From: an uncultured Candidatus Saccharibacteria bacterium
Lineage (GTDB): Bacteria > Patescibacteriota > Minisyncoccia > Phycocordibacterales > UBA918
Assembly (NCBI GenBank): GCA_964492305.1
Contig: CAZBJN010000002.1
Span: 279-24,278, forward strand
Reading direction: 5' to 3'
DNA: 24,000 bases
Shown here: positions 19,068 to 24,000 of the stretch, one piece after another
How the letters are laid out: each line of letters begins with the position of its first letter
Numbering within the stretch: the first letter of the stretch is position 1
The notes under the pieces: generated by a model
The model's input: the letters and a program-made list of their open reading frames with translations, nothing else
Told to the model about the DNA's origin: nothing
Databases searched by the model: none
Program-made: the position numbers and the translations under genes

Positions 19068-20342
19068 ATGATGTTACTTATTAGCATAGTTTTTGTGCTC
19101 GGGTATGTGCTCATTACTCTTGAGCACCACTGGAAGATTAATAAATCAATTACTGCCACTGCGCTGGCGGCTAGTATGTGGGCAATTATTGCCTTAAGTG
19201 GATTTGATGCACATGCTTTAGAAGAAGTGTTGCATGAGGTTTCTGCTGAAACGTTTGCTCTGGTGGCATTTCTACTGGCGGCGATGACGTTGGTGGAGAT
19301 TTTGGTTCATTATCGATTCTTTGACTGGTTGCGGGTAAAGCTTTTTGCTCTTGGTCTTGAGGATCGCGGACAGTTGATTTTAATTGCTGGAATTGCATTT
19401 TTCCTCTCAGCTATTATCGACAACCTCACCACTACTATCGTGATGGTGCAGATTGCTCGTCGGTTCTTCAAAGGGAAGAACTTGCTGGTGGCGGCTGGAG
19501 CGATTGTGGTCGCTGCTAATGCCGGAGGAGCATTTTCGCCAGTTGGTGACGTGACAACTATTATGATTTGGCTGGCGGAAAAGTTTACTGCGTCCCAGAT
19601 TCTTCTTTGGGGCTTCTTGCCGTCAGCGACTATTTGTCTCGTGAGTACGTTTTTGTTTGCTCGGCAAATTGAAGGGGATACTCCTGATGATATGCCAGTT
19701 GGTCACGAAGAAGTGGTGCTAACAAGATCCGATAAGGTGGTGATTGTGGCTTCATTTGCGTCATTTGCTTTGCCTCCGTTTGCGCACTTCATTGGACTAC
19801 CGCCATTTATGGGGGTATTGCTTGGAGTTGGTATTGTAGGATTGATTATCGGGTGGTTTGCTAATACTCATCCGGAAGAGAAAACCCACTTGGCTATGGA
19901 TATTGAGAAGTTGCTAGGCAAAGTAGATATTACCAGTCTGCTTTTCTTCATCGGTATTCTTTTTGCGGTAGGGGCACTTGGATTCCTCGGTATTCTAGAA
20001 CAAATTTCAAACGGTTTGTTTGGTGAGAATCCAGCAGATTCACGACTGATTATGGGCAGCGTGGTGCTCGGAGCTTTTTCAGCTATCTTTGACAACATTC
20101 CACTGACAGCTGCAGCGCTTGATATTCTTCATACTACTGACTTCCGCATCTGGGTGCTCTTGGCCATTTGTGTTGGTACTGGTGGATCAATGCTAGTGAT
20201 TGGTTCAGCGGCGGGAGTGGTAGCGATGGGAATGGTTAAGGAGTTGACCTTTAAGCAGTTTTTGAAAATTGCTACTGTTCCAGCTCTGGCTGGATATGTT
20301 GCCGGTGTTGCTGTGTGGTACTTGCAGTATTTGTTGTTCTAA
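19068..20342 (+). CDS. ArsB/NhaD-superfamily permease, NhaD-like Na+/H+ antiporter
   Basis: About 11-12 TM helices. FFLSAIIDNLTTTIVMVQI and IFDNIPLTAA resemble NhaD-family conserved segments as I recall them. The start is ATG 19068 or 19071. Confidence 0.7.
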   Translation: MMLLISIVFVLGYVLITLEHHWKINKSITATALAASMWAIIALSGFDAHALEEVLHEVSAETFALVAFLLAAMTLVEILVHYRFFDWLRVKLFALGLEDRGQLILIAGIAFFLSAIIDNLTTTIVMVQIARRFFKGKNLLVAAGAIVVAANAGGAFSPVGDVTTIMIWLAEKFTASQILLWGFLPSATICLVSTFLFARQIEGDTPDDMPVGHEEVVLTRSDKVVIVASFASFALPPFAHFIGLPPFMGVLLGVGIVGLIIGWFANTHPEEKTHLAMDIEKLLGKVDITSLLFFIGILFAVGALGFLGILEQISNGLFGENPADSRLIMGSVVLGAFSAIFDNIPLTAAALDILHTTDFRIWVLLAICVGTGGSMLVIGSAAGVVAMGMVKELTFKQFLKIATVPALAGYVAGVAVWYLQYLLF

Positions 20343-20354
20343 CTATGTAAAAAA

Positions 20355-20390
20355 GTCCGCTGGACCGTTATATGGTCCAGCGGTCTTTTT
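20355..20390 (+). terminator. Intrinsic terminator
   Basis: ccgctggacc (20357-20366) pairs with ggtccagcgg (20374-20383). It is followed by tcttttta. Confidence 0.75.
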
Positions 20391-20471
20391 AAATATTAAG
20401 TGCCAAATTATGGTTATTACATTAGGCAAAACATTGCGTCTAGCGTCCTTTTCCTCAGCAAAGGTGCTAAA

Positions 20472-22040
20472 ATGACACTGAAGAAATGTGTAAAAGTTAG
20501 CCTTATTTCTATGACCAATATAAACAACATTGAGGTTTCAAAAGATCCAGCCGTACTCGAGACATATAGTCGCGATGTTAGTAACTTTAAAATTGTTCCC
20601 TTGGCGGTGTTTTTCCCGCGGAGTACAGAGGAGGTGCAGACGGTGGTGCTTGCAGCGAAGGAGGAAGGGGTATCAGTAACAGTTCGGGCTGGTGGAACCT
20701 GTATGAGTGGCGGTCCTATCAATAGTGGTTATATTATCGACCTAACTCGATACATGAATTCAGTGGCAGTGGATGCTGATTCCAAGACAGCTACCGTTGA
20801 TGCTGGTGCGTACTTCCGAGATGTTGAAGATGCTGCCAAAGTACATGAACTATTCTTTGCTGGATACCCTTCATCAAATCGTATTTGTGGTATTGGTGGA
20901 ATGCTGGGTAACAATGCTTCGGGTGAAAAGAGTCTGCGTCATGGAGCAACTGGAGTTAATGTGATTTCTCTTGAGGTGGTATTGGCAGACGGGTCGGTCA
21001 CTACTCTGACCAGGAAACAGCTGACTGAGGTTAACAGTGAGCGAGAGCAAAAGACATTGGCACTTTATGAAGAATATGCAGCTGCCCTGCGAGATGCTAT
21101 TGGCGACGTGAAGAAGTGTGCTTCTGGTTATCGACTTGATGAGGTAGTTAAAGACGGAGTGTTTAGCGAGATTCCTCTTATGGTTGGGTCACAGGGTACT
21201 CTCGGTATCATCACTAAGGCAACACTTAATTTGGTGCCACTACCTGAGCATGTAGGACTTCTGGTTGTCTCAGCTCAGTCGCTTGAAGATCTCTCAGACA
21301 TTATCGCCACAGCATACGAGCATAATCCAGAAGGTCTAGAAACCTTTGATAAAAATACTTTTGCTCGGGCCCGAGTACACTTAAGTGAGTATGCCGAAAA
21401 GGTTGTACCGTATGTAGATGTTAATGCTGAGCTGTTTATTCTGATTCAATTAAGTGAAGATACGGCTGAGGCCACAGCTACTCAAGCGGCAGCTTGCTAT
21501 GAGAGCCTTTTGTCCAAAGGCTACTTTGTTAAACAGATTCAGGAACCGGTAGATGTTGAAGCAGCTTGGATGGTTCGACGTAACTCATTCACCCTGATGC
21601 GTGATCATAATGAGGAAGGATTTAGAGCTATGCCATGTATTGAGGATGTGATTGTGCCGCTGCCAGCTCTAGGAACTTTCATTCACGAATTAATTGCTAT
21701 CCTCGAAAAGCGAGAAATCACTTATGGTTTCCATGGCCACATTGGCGACGGTTCATTTAGAGTGGTGCCAATCTTTGATTTCCGTAAAGAGACATTAACT
21801 GATGATATCTTTGGTTTGATGGATGACGTTTTCGCACTAATTAAACGTCTCCGAGGTAACATGAGTGCAGACCATAGCGATGGAATCATTCGCACACCGT
21901 TCCTAGAATCATTTTATGGAAGTACTCTCGCTGGAGCATTTGCAGAGATTAAGCAGATATATGACCCGGAAAATCGTTTAAATCCAGGCAAGAAGGTGGG
22001 AGGGGTCAAAGAAGATATACTAAAAACCCTACAGCGATAA
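20472..22040 (+). CDS. FAD-binding (PCMH-type) FAD-linked oxidase, GlcD/D-lactate dehydrogenase-like; start uncertain
   Basis: The N-terminal FAD-binding domain carries VTVRAGGTCMSGGP. The C-terminal FAD-linked oxidase domain carries GHIGDGSFRV and DPENRLNPGK. Candidate starts are ATG 20472 and ATG 20511. The track start at 20400 runs into the upstream terminator. Confidence 0.85.
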   Translation: MTLKKCVKVSLISMTNINNIEVSKDPAVLETYSRDVSNFKIVPLAVFFPRSTEEVQTVVLAAKEEGVSVTVRAGGTCMSGGPINSGYIIDLTRYMNSVAVDADSKTATVDAGAYFRDVEDAAKVHELFFAGYPSSNRICGIGGMLGNNASGEKSLRHGATGVNVISLEVVLADGSVTTLTRKQLTEVNSEREQKTLALYEEYAAALRDAIGDVKKCASGYRLDEVVKDGVFSEIPLMVGSQGTLGIITKATLNLVPLPEHVGLLVVSAQSLEDLSDIIATAYEHNPEGLETFDKNTFARARVHLSEYAEKVVPYVDVNAELFILIQLSEDTAEATATQAAACYESLLSKGYFVKQIQEPVDVEAAWMVRRNSFTLMRDHNEEGFRAMPCIEDVIVPLPALGTFIHELIAILEKREITYGFHGHIGDGSFRVVPIFDFRKETLTDDIFGLMDDVFALIKRLRGNMSADHSDGIIRTPFLESFYGSTLAGAFAEIKQIYDPENRLNPGKKVGGVKEDILKTLQR

Positions 22041-22051
22041 ATAAGATAAAC

Positions 22052-22079
22052 AAAAAGAGCGCCATCAGGCGCTCTTTTT
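22052..22079. terminator. Bidirectional intrinsic terminator
   Basis: gagcgcc (22057-22063) pairs with ggcgctc (22068-22074) around the loop atca. The stem is flanked by aaaaa and ttttt, between convergent genes. Confidence 0.8.
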
Positions 22080-22081
22080 GT

Positions 22082-22525
22082 TTATGCTACTTCGTGAACA
22101 TTCACAATCTGCAGCTCACCACTTTCGGCATCAAGCCAGCGGATGAAATCAGGACTCATCTTAAACATCACAAAATCTTCAGCCCCCTCCACATAGTACT
22201 TAGAGGTGTTTTTGCTTTTGAAGAAAGCATGCACTTCCTCTAGTTGGTCAGCTGGGATTTCATACGCTTTGCCGCGAAGGTCGGCCACCTTGAGTGGGTC
22301 CAATACTTCTTCAATCACAGAAAGAGAAACGTAAGGTTGGTTTGTGATTTGGGAATATTTTGAAAAAGCTTTTCTGGTACCAAAATACACATTCAGTTCG
22401 TCATCAATTACATACAGCATAAGCGAGGTGGTCGGCAGTCCTTGGTCATCTGTGGTGGCAAATACTGCCTTGCGGTGATTGTTGAGAAAAGTACGAACGA
22501 TGTCTTTGAGAGCAGCTTGGTCCAT
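22082..22525 (-). CDS. Pyridoxamine 5'-phosphate oxidase-like (FMN-binding split-barrel) family protein
   Basis: 147 aa. The pattern FLNNHRKAVFATTDDQGLPTTSLMLYVIDDELNVYFGTRKAFSKY is typical of the PNPOx-like / general stress protein 26 family. Confidence 0.8.
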   Translation of the reverse strand: MDQAALKDIVRTFLNNHRKAVFATTDDQGLPTTSLMLYVIDDELNVYFGTRKAFSKYSQITNQPYVSLSVIEEVLDPLKVADLRGKAYEIPADQLEEVHAFFKSKNTSKYYVEGAEDFVMFKMSPDFIRWLDAESGELQIVNVHEVA

Positions 22526-22589
22526 AGTATGTAAATGTTACTTGTATAACGTATATAGTATAGCGCAGAGTGGAAGAAAGGGCAGGGAT

Positions 22590-22937
22590 TTAAATACTGC
22601 GGGAGTTGATTTTAAATTCAATACCAACCACGCCCCAATGCTTCTCGTCTTCGATTGAGTAGAACTGATTAATTTCTTGCAGGAGTACTTCTGGAGATTC
22701 GTCGGCAAACTTTTCTTTTGGTAAGTTGGAAAATAAATCTGTGAAAGTAGTGAAGTGATGAAGGGCTGTGATGGTCGACTGTATTTCGGCTCCGTTTTCG
22801 CGGTTTATAAATATGAGCTGGTCACCGACGGCAAATCCACGTCGCTTGTCGTCATTAAGTCTAGATTCTATTGTCTTTCGTCCTCTGAGGATTTTATTAA
22901 ACGGAGAAGAGTTGAGATGGAGAGTGTGGGTGTTCAT
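22590..22937 (-). CDS. ASCH domain-containing protein
   Basis: LHLNSSPFNKILRGRKTIESRLNDDKRRGFAVGDQLIF is an ASCH-type beta-barrel N-terminal pattern. ATG 22937 is preferred because TGcTACACT lies 7 nt upstream. The alternative start is 22964. Confidence 0.78.
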   Translation of the reverse strand: MNTHTLHLNSSPFNKILRGRKTIESRLNDDKRRGFAVGDQLIFINRENGAEIQSTITALHHFTTFTDLFSNLPKEKFADESPEVLLQEINQFYSIEDEKHWGVVGIEFKINSRSI

Positions 22938-22944
22938 TTTTGTT

Positions 22945-22953
22945 AGTGTAGCA
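22945..22953 (-). promoter_or_regulatory. Extended -10 element (TGcTACACT) 7 nt upstream of the ASCH ATG; candidate leaderless promoter
   Basis: The minus-sense sequence reads TGCTACACT-AACAAAA-ATG, with the ATG at 22937. Confidence 0.35.
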
Positions 22954-23059
22954 AAAATAGGCATAAAGAAAAAACTCTATTTTAGACTGCGCATTGCACG
23001 ATTGGCTTATTTTGCTATAGTGCGTTTGGTTCAGTCTGATTTCTTACAAGGAGTGACAA

Positions 23060-23332
23060 ATGGGAACAAGGCATGAGGTTCTGGGTCGAGTGGTCGTTAT
23101 AAAAAAGGGGGACCGTAATAAACACGGCAATGGTGCAAAAGGGAGCGGTCGGCAAAACGGCACTGGTATGAATGCCTATCTGTATCAGTTTGATAAAGAT
23201 GGCAACCGAACACTGATTGCAAGTGTTACGGGTTCAACGTTCAAGGACGTAAAACAGAACCTGCGTGCAGCCGCACCAGGGATGATTCCACCGCACGTGG
23301 CCATAAAAGATGATGAAGAGACGCACTTCTAA
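23060..23332 (+). CDS. Hypothetical small protein (90 aa, G/K/N-rich N-terminal half)
   Basis: AAGGAG (23048-23053) lies 6 nt upstream of the ATG, and the gene has its own terminator downstream. I recognise no domain. Confidence 0.55.
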   Translation: MGTRHEVLGRVVVIKKGDRNKHGNGAKGSGRQNGTGMNAYLYQFDKDGNRTLIASVTGSTFKDVKQNLRAAAPGMIPPHVAIKDDEETHF

Positions 23333-23356
23333 AGACAGAAGACGTGTCTATAAGAA

Positions 23357-23385
23357 CCGCGGCACATTGTGTCGCGGCTTTTTTG
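23357..23385 (+). terminator. Intrinsic terminator
   Basis: ccgcggcac (23357-23365) pairs with gtgtcgcgg (23369-23377), including one G-T pair. It is followed by cttttttg. Confidence 0.65.
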
Positions 23386-23473
23386 TAGCTAATTTTTATG
23401 TCATTGCCTAGGGAATGTAAATATAAAGTATTTGCTGCTGATTTGGGCGACGTGACCGTATTTATTCCAACAT

Positions 23474-24000
23474 TTAATTTTGTTCCATTAGAGACGCAAT
23501 CTTTCTAACGGTATTTATATTTCGGGCGGTCATATGTTTGTAGATGGTGGTACCAATAAATTTATGCATTTTACTTTTTGTGTAGTATTTCTTATCAAAA
23601 TGCCATACAACAGCTCCTTCTATGTATTTTAAAGTGTCCACAGCAGGATTAATCTCGATTAAATCAACTGATTTTTTGTTTGCAAATTCGTCCCACAAAA
23701 ATAAAACGTCACACCTTTGTTCCTTATCGTTGGTCCATTCAGAAGAAATAAGTGAGCATACTTTTTTAATGTTGACGCTATCTCGTAAAAGTACCCGAAT
23801 ATCTAAATTGAAGGCTGTTTTTATAATCGCTTCTATTTCTTTAGTTATTTTTTTCTGATCTACTTTTTTAGTTTCAAAAATTATATTGCCAGAGTTAATG
23901 TAGGTAATTACATTTCTGTACCCAAGAGATTCAAAACACTCTTTGAGTTTGGGCATAGCTACTTTGTTGTTTCCTCCTACGTTAATCCCACGTAACAATG
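23474..24000 (-). CDS. DUF1697 domain-containing protein (N-terminus runs off the window end)
   Basis: LLRGINVGGNNKVAMPKLKECFESLGYRNVITYINSGNIIF is the hallmark DUF1697 N-terminal motif. The frame is still open at 24000, and the track's 'M' is a TTG. The gene is visibly AT-rich. Confidence 0.8.
   Translation of the reverse strand, partial: LLRGINVGGNNKVAMPKLKECFESLGYRNVITYINSGNIIFETKKVDQKKITKEIEAIIKTAFNLDIRVLLRDSVNIKKVCSLISSEWTNDKEQRCDVLFLWDEFANKKSVDLIEINPAVDTLKYIEGAVVWHFDKKYYTKSKMHKFIGTTIYKHMTARNINTVRKIASLMEQN

Noticed and set aside
1-24000. Search for an enzyme that could mobilise the tRNA-linked elements (integrase, HUH/Y1 transposase, TnpB/IscB, reverse transcriptase, Cas).
   Set aside because: No ORF in any frame shows the relevant motifs, such as R..H..R..Y tyrosine-recombinase boxes, HUH plus Y, RuvC-like DED or YxDD. 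The mobile-element interpretation of the repeats therefore remains a hypothesis that cannot be supported from this window alone.

Overview
This is a gene-dense 24 kb bacterial chromosomal segment with about 30 protein genes and 3 tRNA genes. I found no rRNA, no CRISPR array, and no recognisable transposase, integrase, reverse transcriptase, cas or phage gene.

Gene order, left to right:
- a truncated DUF2200 gene;
- a minus-strand block of ECF-type sigma factor plus a DUF5667-like membrane protein with two 65-aa repeats and a ~76-aa poly-D/E tail, then (after an internal terminator) a MacAB-like efflux set of membrane-fusion protein, ATPase and FtsX-type permease;
- ruvX, a Trbp111/CsaA-like tRNA-binding protein, pilM/pilN/pilO-like genes and a fourth translationally coupled membrane protein;
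- tRNA-Arg(TCT) and tRNA-Val(TAC) on the minus strand;
- acyP, uppS, an rluA-family gene and rplS (with an acidic tail);
- an Ion_trans channel, then tRNA-Leu(GAG);
- an HExxH zincin plus a DUF305 protein;
- an ABC-2 exporter pair and an orphan gene;
- NUDIX hydrolase, NhaD-like antiporter, FAD-linked oxidase, then PNPOx-like, ASCH, small orphan and DUF1697 genes.

The content hints, by inference only, at a small-genome Patescibacteria/CPR-like organism.

The most unusual signal is non-coding. All three tRNA genes, of three different identities and on both strands, are followed in tRNA orientation by a homologous modular palindromic region of 190-270 nt.
- It starts with an 88-89 nt unit. A 12-nt arm containing the last tRNA nucleotides pairs with a 12-nt arm downstream. 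The arms enclose a terminator-like hairpin and a 22-nt hairpin (9-bp stem, CUGY tetraloop).
- Next come a 12-nt spacer, a third hairpin and one or two ~55-61 nt imperfect palindromes built around ACTNAGT boxes and a GNA-capped mini-stem.
- Geometry and loops are conserved while stem sequences differ in a compensatory way.
- Direct and inverted fragments of tRNA-Val, and a tRNA-Arg 5' fragment, lie among these modules.

A second recurring signal is a -10-like hexamer, often TGn-extended, 6-7 nt upstream of the ATG of at least ten transcription-unit-first genes. This suggests widespread leaderless mRNAs in a Shine-Dalgarno-poor background.
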